In this document: piece by piece, positions 1 through 8,769 of the stretch
Position numbering within the stretch: the stretch's first letter is position 1
Layout: each line of letters opens with the position of its first letter
Assembly (NCBI GenBank): GCA_964582765.1
Contig: CAZOSW010000004.1
Location: forward strand, 1-54,676
DNA from: an uncultured Planctomycetales bacterium
Lineage (GTDB): Bacteria; Omnitrophota; Gorgyraeia; Gygaellales; Profunditerraquicolaceae
Reading direction: 5' to 3'
Length of the DNA: 54,676 nucleotides
Made by a program: the position numbers and the translations under genes
The notes under the pieces: generated by a model
The model's database searches: none
The model's input: only the letters and a program-made list of their open reading frames with translations
Told to the model about the DNA's origin: nothing

Positions 1-909
1 CAACGCGATTATAAGATGCGTTCGCGCGCGGAACTAACAAATATCATCCGAGAGACTAAGGATATGACAAAAAATCCTTTCGGCGTAAACATTATGTGCG
101 TACTTACTAACTATGATGAGTTAGTGGAAGCAGCCCAAGTTGAATCTGTCGATGTGATTATCTCTGGGGCTGGGCTACCGTTACGCTTGCCAGCTTTGAT
201 TAAGAATGGACAGACTAAACTTATTCCGATTGTTTCTTCTGCGCGGGCAGCACAGATTATTTGTAGTACCTGGGTTAGGAGGTATAAACGATTGCCCGAT
301 GCCATTATCGTAGAAGGCCCGCTTGCCGGTGGGCATTTGGGTTATAGTTTAGCTGAACTTGCTGATGAAAAACATTTTTATCTGGATAAAATTTTATCCG
401 AGGTTTTGGCGGTTACGCGTGCTTTTAAGAATGACAAATCGCCTATTCCTGTGATTGCCGCCGGAGGAATCTTTGATGGTAAAGATATTGCCAGGGTTAT
501 GCGTTTAGGCGCAAGCGGGGTACAGATGGCTACACGTTTTGTTTGTACCCACGAATGCGATGTATCTCTGCAATATAAAGAGGCGTATATTTCAGCTAGA
601 AAAGAGGATATTGTAGTTATCCAGAGTCCGGTGGGGATGCCGGGAAGGGTTATCCGTAATGAATTTGTGAAGAAGGTTACTGAAGGGGCGCATGTAGCTT
701 TTGGTTGTGAATATAAATGTTTGTATACTTGTGATGCTCAAAAAGTTAATTATTGTATTGCCAAAGCGCTGTTGAATGCCTACCGAGGAGAGTTAGATAA
801 AGGGTTTGCAATGTGCGGCAGCAATGCCTATCGGATTAAAAAGATAGTTTCAGTAAAAGATTTGATCGCAGAGTTGATTGCAGAAGCAGAGAGTTGTTTA
901 AACGAATAG
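1..909 (+). CDS. Nitronate monooxygenase / FabK-like FMN oxidoreductase (5' end truncated by the window)
   Basis: The frame is open to base 1 (QRDYK precedes the listed Met). AAGGIFDGKDIARVMRLGASGVQMATRF is the FMN TIM-barrel signature of the NMO/FabK family. There is a Cys-rich C-terminal segment. Confidence 0.75.
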   Translation, partial: QRDYKMRSRAELTNIIRETKDMTKNPFGVNIMCVLTNYDELVEAAQVESVDVIISGAGLPLRLPALIKNGQTKLIPIVSSARAAQIICSTWVRRYKRLPDAIIVEGPLAGGHLGYSLAELADEKHFYLDKILSEVLAVTRAFKNDKSPIPVIAAGGIFDGKDIARVMRLGASGVQMATRFVCTHECDVSLQYKEAYISARKEDIVVIQSPVGMPGRVIRNEFVKKVTEGAHVAFGCEYKCLYTCDAQKVNYCIAKALLNAYRGELDKGFAMCGSNAYRIKKIVSVKDLIAELIAEAESCLNE

Positions 910-963
910 GTAAATATCAAATAAGTAAAGACCCTGCAGTACTATTTCTACCTTAACGAGTCG

Positions 964-991
964 TTGTGATTCTCGTTGATTATGATATAAT
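964..991 (+). promoter_or_regulatory. Sigma70-like promoter (TTGTGA, 16 nt, extended -10 TGATATAAT)
   Basis: TTGTGA at 964-969, TG at 983-984 and TATAAT at 986-991, read directly from the sequence. Confidence 0.5.
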
Positions 992-1038
992 ATAACAATA
1001 ATTAAGTCTAAGCGTTCTGGGGATTCGTGAGTATCTCC

Positions 1039-1098
1039 GGAGGATTTATAAGATGGTCGGGCCGCCATCTGATTAAATGATCAGGTGACGGATTTTTT
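1039..1098 (+). promoter_or_regulatory. Candidate translation-coupled attenuator: SD + mini-ORF MVGPPSD + intrinsic terminator
   Basis: GGAGG at 1039-1043, then ATG at 1053 and TAA at 1074-1076. The stem 1062-1073 / 1080-1091 is followed by TTTTTT at 1093-1098. The core GATGGTCGGGCCGCCATCT (1052-1070) recurs exactly at 7697-7715. Confidence 0.5.
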
Positions 1099-1178
1099 AT
1101 TGAAAGTGAAAGAGCGGATTAATTAAAATGATAGAGGTTTTTATTCACTCTAATTGTAAGTATTTGTTCAGGTGATAA

Positions 1179-1457
1179 ATGAAAAAAGTTATTAAAAAGT
1201 GGGGATGGTATAAAGTTTTGGCAAAAGGGAATGGGTTTAAGGTAAAGGTATTATATCTTAAGCCTTTCGCCAAGACAAGCTTACAAAGGCATAAGTTTAG
1301 AAGCGAGACATGGGTGTTTCTTGATAGCCAAGAAGTAAAGATAGTAGGAAGGCATAAATGGCATCGTTTAAGTAACTCCAGTAACAAGGGGTTAAAGCTA
1401 GTAGAGGTGCAAATAGGGATATGCCAGGAAAGAGATATAGAAAGACAAAAGGAATAG
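1179..1457 (+). CDS. Small stand-alone cupin protein (phosphomannose isomerase type II C-terminal-like)
   Basis: WGWYKVL..GFKVKVLYLKP..SLQRHKFRSETWV resembles the cupin beta-barrel core of type II PMI / GDP-mannose pyrophosphorylase C-termini. Confidence 0.55.
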   Translation: MKKVIKKWGWYKVLAKGNGFKVKVLYLKPFAKTSLQRHKFRSETWVFLDSQEVKIVGRHKWHRLSNSSNKGLKLVEVQIGICQERDIERQKE

Positions 1458-1472
1458 CCGGAGATAAATACT

Positions 1473-3752
1473 ATGAGCAGTAATGTTAAGAAGATAGCTT
1501 TTATAGGTAATTATCTCCCCAGGAGATGCGGGATTGCCACCTTTACCTCCGATCTTTGTGAGGCGTTTGCGGCCCTGGATCCGTCCGTTCAATTATTTGT
1601 TATTCCTGTTACAGATACCAAGGAAGGTTATGATTATCCCGAACGCGTGCGTTTTGAGATTAAAGAGCAAGATATATCTACATATAAAGCTGCGGCAGAT
1701 TTCCTCAATCTTAACAATATTGATGTTGTCTGCCTTCAGCATGAATTCGGCATTTTTGGCGGAGACGCCGGCAGCTACATATTGACGTTATTACGGCAAT
1801 TGAAGATGCCGATCGTAATGACTTTGCATACGGTATTACAGCATCCATCCGCACGTCAGAAGCGCGTAATGGATGAATTGCTTGAGCTCTCTGATCACGT
1901 GGTTGTAATGACGCAGAAGGCTATAGATATTCTTCAGGCTGTGCATAAAATAAGCAGTGCAAAGATAGCTTTGATTCCGCATGGAATACCTGATGTTTCA
2001 TTTATCGACCCTAATTTCTATAAAGATCAGTATGGAGTTGAAGGCAAGACTGCGCTTTTGACCTTTGGATTGCTTGCTCCGCATAAAGGGATAGAGGTTG
2101 TTCTGCGCGCTCTTCCTAAGGTTTTAAAAGAATACCCAAACGCGGTATATATCGTTGTCGGAGCCACACATCCTAGTCTGTTAAGGTATGAGGGTGAGAA
2201 ATACAGGCTTTTCTTGCAACGCCTTTGTGATGAGTTAGGGATTTCCAGAAATGTTATTTTTCATAACCGGTTTGTATCTCTGGAAGAACTTAAAGAGTTA
2301 CTTGTACTTGCGGATATTTATATTACTCCATATCTTCAAGAGGCGCAGATAGTTTCCGGAACGTTAGCTTATTCTTTCGGCGTAGGAAACGCGGTCATTT
2401 CGACTCCATATTGGCATGCTGCGGAATTACTTAGCGATGGCAAGGGCCTGCTCGTGCCGTTTAACGATTCGCCAGCCATGGAGCAGGCGATCTTAAGGCT
2501 TATTGGCAATGAAAACGAACGTAACGCGATGCGAAAGAATGCTTATCTTTTTGGCCGTGAAATGATCTGGGGTAAGGTGATATTGAAATACGCGTCTATC
2601 TTCGAAGAATCCAGATTGAAACGCACTCCAATAATGCAAAACAAAATAACAATGCATTCTCTTGAACAAGGGGTTCCTGTATTGCCTGAGATTAAGCTCG
2701 ACCATCTCGTGAGGATGACTGATTCTATCGGAATTTTCCAGCACGCGATGTTTAATGTTCCTAATTTTTCCGAAGGATATTGCACAGACGATAATACGCG
2801 GGCGCTTATTCTGGCCGTATTGCTTGAGAATTTAGGTACGGTGAATCTTCTTGCAATTGATGATCTTGCTAGCCGTTATCTCGGATTTATCAGGCATGCC
2901 TGGGATCCTTCTATCGGACGTTTTAGGAATTTTCTGACCTTTCAGCGGAATTGGATGAAAGAAATACCGAGTGAAGATTCCCATGGAAGAGCGTTATGGG
3001 CGATCGGTATTTGTATCGGGCAATCCAAAAATGAAGGATTCGTGCATATGTCAATTGAGCTTTTTGAAAAGGCTCTTACTTGTTCATCGGCATTTACTTC
3101 TCCGCGCGCCTGGGCTTTCATTTTACTCGGCATGCATGAATACCTACAGCGTTTTCGTGGAGATAGGCTGATTCGTAATTGCCTGCAGGCATTGGCTAGG
3201 CGGCTTTACGATCTTTACAGAGCAAATTTCAGCACAGAGTGGCTGTGGTTTGAATCATCTTTGACATATTGCGGCGCTAAATTGCCTCACGCGCTTTTAT
3301 CAAGCGGATATGACCTTAATAATGAAGAAATGATAAAAGCCGGAATAGAGTCTTTAAACTGGCTTGTAAAAATACAGACTTCAACGCGTGGTCATTTCCA
3401 GCCGGTTGGCTCGGATAACGCGTATCATCGCGGTGGGATAAAACCTGCTTTTGATCAACAGCCGGTAGAAGCCTATTCTACTATTTCAGCTTGCCTTGAG
3501 GCTTATCGCGTCACAAAAGATAAGGCCTGGTATAATGAGGCGGCAAAAGTTTTTCAATGGTTCCTCGGTGGTAATGATTTGGGAATTCCCGTATATGATC
3601 CGGTAACTGGAGGATGTTGCGACGGGCTGCATATTGATAGAGTGAATCGCAATCAAGGCGCTGAATCTACACTCTCATTTCTTCTGTCATTAGCTGAAAT
3701 GACGCGTATGGGAAATATTCTGGAAAGCCTTAAGGAGCCATTAGAGGAATGA
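1473..3752 (+). CDS. Group-1 (GT4) glycosyltransferase fused to a ~370 aa C-terminal helical domain of unknown function
   Basis: The N-terminal ~390 aa carry GT-B group-1 patterns (KIAFIGNYLPRRCGIATF, LLTFGLLAPHKGIEV, SGTLAYSFGVGNAVISTPYWHAAELL). The stop overlaps the next start (ATGA at 3749). Confidence 0.8.
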   Translation: MSSNVKKIAFIGNYLPRRCGIATFTSDLCEAFAALDPSVQLFVIPVTDTKEGYDYPERVRFEIKEQDISTYKAAADFLNLNNIDVVCLQHEFGIFGGDAGSYILTLLRQLKMPIVMTLHTVLQHPSARQKRVMDELLELSDHVVVMTQKAIDILQAVHKISSAKIALIPHGIPDVSFIDPNFYKDQYGVEGKTALLTFGLLAPHKGIEVVLRALPKVLKEYPNAVYIVVGATHPSLLRYEGEKYRLFLQRLCDELGISRNVIFHNRFVSLEELKELLVLADIYITPYLQEAQIVSGTLAYSFGVGNAVISTPYWHAAELLSDGKGLLVPFNDSPAMEQAILRLIGNENERNAMRKNAYLFGREMIWGKVILKYASIFEESRLKRTPIMQNKITMHSLEQGVPVLPEIKLDHLVRMTDSIGIFQHAMFNVPNFSEGYCTDDNTRALILAVLLENLGTVNLLAIDDLASRYLGFIRHAWDPSIGRFRNFLTFQRNWMKEIPSEDSHGRALWAIGICIGQSKNEGFVHMSIELFEKALTCSSAFTSPRAWAFILLGMHEYLQRFRGDRLIRNCLQALARRLYDLYRANFSTEWLWFESSLTYCGAKLPHALLSSGYDLNNEEMIKAGIESLNWLVKIQTSTRGHFQPVGSDNAYHRGGIKPAFDQQPVEAYSTISACLEAYRVTKDKAWYNEAAKVFQWFLGGNDLGIPVYDPVTGGCCDGLHIDRVNRNQGAESTLSFLLSLAEMTRMGNILESLKEPLEE

Positions 3753-5191
3753 TAAAAAATACTGGTATAGCTATTACTCCTGATGACAAGCACGTCATTA
3801 TTCGGCCCTATGTTCCTCATGATCAATCACGGGTTCACAGAATTGCATTACGCGTTATGGCGCTAGAGGAATCTGCCGCTGAAAAAGAGCTCAAGAAAAT
3901 CAGGCGCGATTTTTCGGCGCGGCATCATAATCTTGACAAAATCCTTAAACATCAATTTGAAGCTGTACGCACATACTTGCCTTCCGATCTTAACCCTTCT
4001 GAAACACGCAAACTTCTCATAGGAGCGTGTTTTGTCGGCGAGCGTACATTTGAATCAGCAGCGCTTTTTAATCCTTCTATTGTCGCGCATCCGGATCAGT
4101 CCGGGATTTCTTCTGGCTCCTTACGCGTAATTATTTCTTTGCGCGCAACAAGCGAGGGGCACATATCCACATTAACATTTCGTTCCGCTATCCTAGATAA
4201 AGATGGCTTAATATCGATTGATAAAGTTTCTAATTTAGCTTGTACCGCTGAACCGAAAGCCAACGCGCTTTACGATAAGGTATGTTTCATCGGGAAACTC
4301 TATGAAATGGGGCTAGAGAATGATTGTGCAAAATACATTATAGGCCCGTTACCGGCTGAGTTTACTATTGCGCAGCTGGAGGATAGAATTAATGCCTATA
4401 CTATTGATCATGATCCGATAATTCAAACAGATAAGCTTACCTGTGAAAAGATTCTGTGGCTTGCGCGATGTAATTACGAAGTTACTTTTGATTCGCAATT
4501 TACGCTTTCAGAGCGCGTGCTATTTCCGCTTTCTCCCAGCGAACAGAACGGTATGGAGGACGCGCGTTTTGTTCTTTTTAAAGACGATGACGGAAGCAAA
4601 AAATACTATGCTACTTATACGGCGTATGATGGGAAGGTAATCCTTCCGCAGATAATGGAGACAGAAGATTTTATTCATTTTAAAATGATTACCTTAAACG
4701 GCAAGGCAGCGGTCAACAAAGGAATGGCTTTGTTTCCGCGTAAGATTGGCGGCCGCTATGCGATGATCTCTCGGAATGATAACGAGAGGCTCTTTCTCAT
4801 GTATTCCGACAATATCCATTTCTGGCATGAAGCCGTTCCGATTATGGAGCCTTTGTATTCCTGGGAGTTTGTGCAGATCGGAAATTGCGGCTCTCCCATT
4901 GAGACTGAGCGCGGGTGGCTTCTTTTAACCCATGGCGTTGGTCCGTTGCGTCAATACACGATTGGCGCGGCCCTGCTTGATCGCGATGATCCTTCACGCG
5001 TACTCGGTCGATTGAGCAAACCGCTTATTCATTGGAAGGCTAAGAGCCGTTGTGGGTATGTTCCAAATGTCGTCTATTCATGCGGCGCCTTGGTTTACGG
5101 CGATATGCTTATCATTCCCTATGCGTTATCCGATCAACAGACGACTATCGCGCTAGTATCGTTACGCGAGATCTTAGACAGGTTGTCTTAG
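3749..5191 (+). CDS. GH130-family glycosidase/phosphorylase (PH1107-related) with an N-terminal extension
   Basis: NGMEDARFVLF, YYATYTAYDG and GSPIETERGWLLLTHGVG are typical of the GH130 beta-propeller family. Confidence 0.7.
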   Translation: MIKNTGIAITPDDKHVIIRPYVPHDQSRVHRIALRVMALEESAAEKELKKIRRDFSARHHNLDKILKHQFEAVRTYLPSDLNPSETRKLLIGACFVGERTFESAALFNPSIVAHPDQSGISSGSLRVIISLRATSEGHISTLTFRSAILDKDGLISIDKVSNLACTAEPKANALYDKVCFIGKLYEMGLENDCAKYIIGPLPAEFTIAQLEDRINAYTIDHDPIIQTDKLTCEKILWLARCNYEVTFDSQFTLSERVLFPLSPSEQNGMEDARFVLFKDDDGSKKYYATYTAYDGKVILPQIMETEDFIHFKMITLNGKAAVNKGMALFPRKIGGRYAMISRNDNERLFLMYSDNIHFWHEAVPIMEPLYSWEFVQIGNCGSPIETERGWLLLTHGVGPLRQYTIGAALLDRDDPSRVLGRLSKPLIHWKAKSRCGYVPNVVYSCGALVYGDMLIIPYALSDQQTTIALVSLREILDRLS

Positions 5192-5242
5192 GGGAAAAGG
5201 CCTCGACTGTTGTAAAAAAAATATATTCAAAAATATGTTTCT

Positions 5243-5257
5243 GTTGCCTGCGGCAAC
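5243..5257 (+). terminator. Weak hairpin after the GH130 gene
   Basis: GTTGCC-TGC-GGCAAC followed by AATATTTC. The stem is short and the U-tract is poor. Confidence 0.3.
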
Positions 5258-5416
5258 AATATTTCATTAGATAAGAGCTTAATCTGTTTAAGTTTAGCGA
5301 GGAATTATCTTGTATAGCGAAATATCGCATATAGTTTGGCTTATAAATCCAGAAAGTTTTTTCTGTGCTTAATATGAAAAGGGCTATTGTTTGTAAAATT
5401 TCATAATTAATAATGC

Positions 5417-5809
5417 ATGTTTAGGAAATTAATAAAATTAATTTTGGCAGGCCTTCTAACTCCAAGCCTCTGTGGATGCATGGTAGCTATGATATTTGTA
5501 TCCGAAAATCTTAAAGTTAAGCAAGATTTAAATGTTTCTTACTCTCAGGCGTTTGATATTGTTAAAGGGTCTGTGATAGAGCAGGGCATAAAGTTTCGAG
5601 AAGCTTTGATAGAAAAAAATGTCGCAAGGATAAACGGAGAATATAATCGCGGTAAGAGCGTACATATTTTTATCAATAAGATTAGCGATACTCAATGCAG
5701 CATAGCAGTGCGGGTGGGAACAAGCGAAGCTGAAAAAGAAATAGCAAAAAAAATCCTTCAAGGCATTATAGATTATTCTAGAAGAATAGGCGATATTTCA
5801 GGAAAATAG
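5417..5809 (+). CDS. Small lipoprotein (DUF3568-like)
   Basis: Signal peptide ending in LCGC. The C-terminal pattern IAVRVGTSEAEKEIAKKILQGI resembles the DUF3568 lipoprotein family (recalled from memory). Confidence 0.55.
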   Translation: MFRKLIKLILAGLLTPSLCGCMVAMIFVSENLKVKQDLNVSYSQAFDIVKGSVIEQGIKFREALIEKNVARINGEYNRGKSVHIFINKISDTQCSIAVRVGTSEAEKEIAKKILQGIIDYSRRIGDISGK

Positions 5810-5833
5810 TATATCTGCATAGCTTATTTAATT

Positions 5834-7183
5834 ATGGATGAAATCAGGATTTTAACCCCTAATGGTTCAATTGGAAGTGGCTTCTCGGAAGAATTGTTTG
5901 AAGAAGGCATGAAGCGTAATCCCCACGCTATTGCAGTTGATGCGGGTTCAACTGATCCTGGCCCGTATTTTCTTGGCAAGGGACGGTCAATTTCCAATAA
6001 AATGATGATAAAAAGGGATCTTGAGATATTATTGCTAGCGCGGGATAAAAATAATATTCCTTTATTAGTGGGTTCGGCCTGCGGGCCTGGTACTAAATCT
6101 ACTCTTGAGTGGACAATTAATATCGTAAAAGAAATTGCCAAAGAAGAGAACCTCCATTTTAAATTAGCTACTATTACCGGGGATATCGATAAAGAGTTTT
6201 TAAAAAATGCGGTTAAACAAGGTAAAGTACGCACTTTTGAATCCGATAAAGCTTTAACTGTAGAGGAAGTGGATAGAGCCACTAATATTGTAGCCCAAAT
6301 GGGAGTTGAGCCTTTTATGGAAGCGCTAAAATCAAAGCCAGATGTGATTATCGCCGGGCGCGCTTATGATCCGGCTATGATGGCGGCGCTTCCAATTATG
6401 AATGGTTTTGATGAGGCCTTGGCTGAGCATATGGGAAAAATACTTGAATGCGGTTCTATGGCCGCAGAGCCTTCTTCCGGTTTTGAGCCGATCTTAGGTA
6501 CAATTAGAAAAGGATATTTTTTAGTAGAGCCGATGAATCCAAAAAGCAAATGCACTCCCAAATCTGTGGCGGACCATTCCCTTTATGAAGAATGTAATCC
6601 TATTAAAGCCGGGCTTCCCGGAGGAACGCTGGATTTAAGCCAGACGGTATTCGAACAAACCGGCCGTATGACCAAGGTGAGCGGGACTAAATTTGTCAAA
6701 GATACGTATACGGTAAAGGTTGAAGGCGCGGCTAAGGTAGGGTATCGGACGGTTTTTATTGCCGGGGTTAGGGACCCGATTATGATTAGCCAGATAGATT
6801 ATTTAATCGATGGAGTGACGGAAAATACCAAGGCTTTTTTTCATGACGTGGCTGAAGACTTTCAGATTTTGCTCCATGTCTATGGTAAAAATGGGGTTTT
6901 GGGGAAAGTCGAATACATAAAAGATGCCAAGATTTTTGAACTGGGGCTTATTGGTGAGGTGGTGGCTAAAACACAAGAGCTGGCCAGCACAATTTGCGGA
7001 TATCTTTCGCATTTAAGCATGCATTTTGATTATCCGGGATGCAAAGCAACCGCCGGAAATTTAGCCATGCTTTATTCGCCGGAAAATATTGACGCGGGAG
7101 AAGTTTTTGAGTTTAATATCTATCATTTGTTAGAAGTTGACAGTCCGACCGCGTTATTCCCCATAAGTTTTGAGGAGATATAA
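5834..7183 (+). CDS. AtuA-like (DUF1446) family protein
   Basis: The length, N-terminal IRILTPNGSIGSGF and the canonical partner gene immediately downstream fit the acyclic terpene utilisation AtuA/DUF1446 family. Confidence 0.7.
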   Translation: MDEIRILTPNGSIGSGFSEELFEEGMKRNPHAIAVDAGSTDPGPYFLGKGRSISNKMMIKRDLEILLLARDKNNIPLLVGSACGPGTKSTLEWTINIVKEIAKEENLHFKLATITGDIDKEFLKNAVKQGKVRTFESDKALTVEEVDRATNIVAQMGVEPFMEALKSKPDVIIAGRAYDPAMMAALPIMNGFDEALAEHMGKILECGSMAAEPSSGFEPILGTIRKGYFLVEPMNPKSKCTPKSVADHSLYEECNPIKAGLPGGTLDLSQTVFEQTGRMTKVSGTKFVKDTYTVKVEGAAKVGYRTVFIAGVRDPIMISQIDYLIDGVTENTKAFFHDVAEDFQILLHVYGKNGVLGKVEYIKDAKIFELGLIGEVVAKTQELASTICGYLSHLSMHFDYPGCKATAGNLAMLYSPENIDAGEVFEFNIYHLLEVDSPTALFPISFEEI

Positions 7184-7506
7184 TGGTTAAGCCGGTTAAT
7201 ATTGTTGATATAGCCACGATTATCCGAAGCAAAAACGCCAAACCTTTCTTATTTACCATGGATATTTTCTTTGATAATTTAGGGCACTATGAAAAAGCGG
7301 TAAATTCCGGGGTTATAAATAAGAAACTGATTGCAAAGATGTATCATTTAGAAGATGAAAACAAGGCTGAAATTTACAATTTTGCTCAAGCTTGGGCAAT
7401 TAAGATTACTATTCCCAGAGCTGTGGCTTCGGGTGGAATAGGAGATACTGATATTTATGGCGCTCAGCAGCATGCCCCTTTATATTCAATAAAAATTCCT
7501 ATCTGA
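7183..7506 (+). CDS. DUF4387-like small protein (AtuA partner)
   Basis: RSKNAKPFLFTMDIFF...YGAQQHAPL is characteristic of DUF4387. The start overlaps the upstream stop (TAATG). Confidence 0.65.
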   Translation: MVKPVNIVDIATIIRSKNAKPFLFTMDIFFDNLGHYEKAVNSGVINKKLIAKMYHLEDENKAEIYNFAQAWAIKITIPRAVASGGIGDTDIYGAQQHAPLYSIKIPI

Positions 7507-7599
7507 AAAATTAGTAGGTGTCTTATAGGGTATAGTGAAATAGGATATCTGCAAAAAGGTTATTGATTTCTCAAGATTTTGATAAATTCTCGATTATGC

Positions 7600-7628
7600 T
7601 TGACAATGAGATAAAACCTATTTATTAT
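7600..7628 (+). promoter_or_regulatory. Sigma70-like promoter (TTGACA, 17 nt, TATTAT)
   Basis: TTGACA at 7600-7605 and TATTAT at 7623-7628. Confidence 0.5.
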
Positions 7629-7684
7629 AAGAAAAGAGCGAAGTGAAATAAAATATTCTTGGGTTCAGAAATAATTTTATTTCT

Positions 7685-7754
7685 GAAGGTTGTATTGATG
7701 GTCGGGCCGCCATCTACGAAGGTAGAAGGCGGCTTCTGTTTTTTTAACTCTTAG
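7685..7754 (+). promoter_or_regulatory. Candidate translation-coupled attenuator: mini-ORF MVGPPSTKVEGGFCFFNS spanning an intrinsic terminator
   Basis: SD-like GAAGG at 7685-7689, then ATG at 7698 and TAG at 7752-7754. The terminator is GCCGCC-AU-CUAC-GAAG-GUAG-AA-GGCGGC (7706-7733) followed by UUCUGUUUUUUU, with a U-run at 7739-7745. Confidence 0.55.
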
Positions 7755-7770
7755 AGCGAAAGGAGATCCT

Positions 7771-8769
7771 ATGGATTGGCAGAATGTTCCTAACCCAGAT
7801 GAGATAATTGAGGCAGGTAGGAAGAAATTCGTGGATTTCTCGAAGTGGATTCCTATCGCAGTAATTGTTTTGTTCATCCTGGCTGGTTTGCGGGGTTTAA
7901 TTTATTCGATCGGCCCGGATGAGGTGGGTGTTATTCAGAGGTTTGGTAAGTTCATCGGCTTAAGTTCTCCCGGGTTGCATGCAAAAATACCATTTAGTAT
8001 AGATAAGGTAACGCCGATTAAGGTAGAGAAGGTTTTTAAGGAGGAATACGGGTTTAAGACCATGGTGCCGGGAGTAAGGTCAAAATTCTCTTCGGGTAAT
8101 TATCAGGATGAATCTTTGATGCTTACCGGAGACTTGAATATTCTTGATGTGCGCTGGATAGTGCAGTTTAAAATTAAAGATCCGGTAAAGCTGCTTTTCG
8201 CTACGCGCCACCCCGAGGACAATATACACGATATTTCCGAAGTAGTTATGCGGCGTTTCGTCGGGGATTATTCAGTGGATGAAGTCCTTACTACCAAAAG
8301 GGAAGAGATAGATGATTTGGCGCAGCAGGAGATACAGCGTATACTTGATATGTATGATGTCGGGGTACATATAGTTACGGTGAAACTATTGGATGTTAAC
8401 CCTCCTGAAGCGGTAAAGTCCGCATTTAACGAAGTAAACGAGGCCAAGCAAGAAAAAGAGAAGATGATTAACCAGGCCTGGGAGGCTTATAATAAAGTTA
8501 TTCCCAAGGCCAGAGGGACGGCAGAGAAGACTATCCGTGAATCAGAGGGTTATGCTACGGATAAAATAAACCGCGCCAAGGGCGAATCAGCAAGATTTCT
8601 TGCTACTTTAGAGGAGTATAAAAAAGCTCCGGATATAACCAAAAAGAGGCTCTATTTAGAAACCTTAACACAGGTGCTTCCTAATGCAAAAGAGAAATAC
8701 ATAATTGATTCGCAGCAGAGATCGATTCTGCCTCTTTTGGATATCAATAAAAAAGGAGGGCAGCAGTAA
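7771..8769 (+). CDS. hflK: FtsH protease modulator HflK (SPFH/band-7)
   Basis: N-terminal TM segment followed by an SPFH domain (GPDEVGVIQRFGKF, PGLHAKIPF). It is followed by the hflC partner. AGGAG SD. Confidence 0.9.
   Translation: MDWQNVPNPDEIIEAGRKKFVDFSKWIPIAVIVLFILAGLRGLIYSIGPDEVGVIQRFGKFIGLSSPGLHAKIPFSIDKVTPIKVEKVFKEEYGFKTMVPGVRSKFSSGNYQDESLMLTGDLNILDVRWIVQFKIKDPVKLLFATRHPEDNIHDISEVVMRRFVGDYSVDEVLTTKREEIDDLAQQEIQRILDMYDVGVHIVTVKLLDVNPPEAVKSAFNEVNEAKQEKEKMINQAWEAYNKVIPKARGTAEKTIRESEGYATDKINRAKGESARFLATLEEYKKAPDITKKRLYLETLTQVLPNAKEKYIIDSQQRSILPLLDINKKGGQQ

Noticed and set aside
1052-1070. Possibility that GATGGTCGGGCCGCCATCT is the core of a known riboswitch (fluoride/crcB, ZTP/pfl, guanidine-III, T-box).
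   Set aside because: From memory of those consensus sequences, the required flanking elements are absent. These are the GGCGAUG..CGCC P1 and CUGAUGA of the fluoride class, CCGCCUGGGC of ZTP, ACGR/GGAC features of guanidine classes, and GGUGGUACCGCG of the T-box. The downstream genes also do not fit. This needs an Rfam/Infernal scan to be certain.
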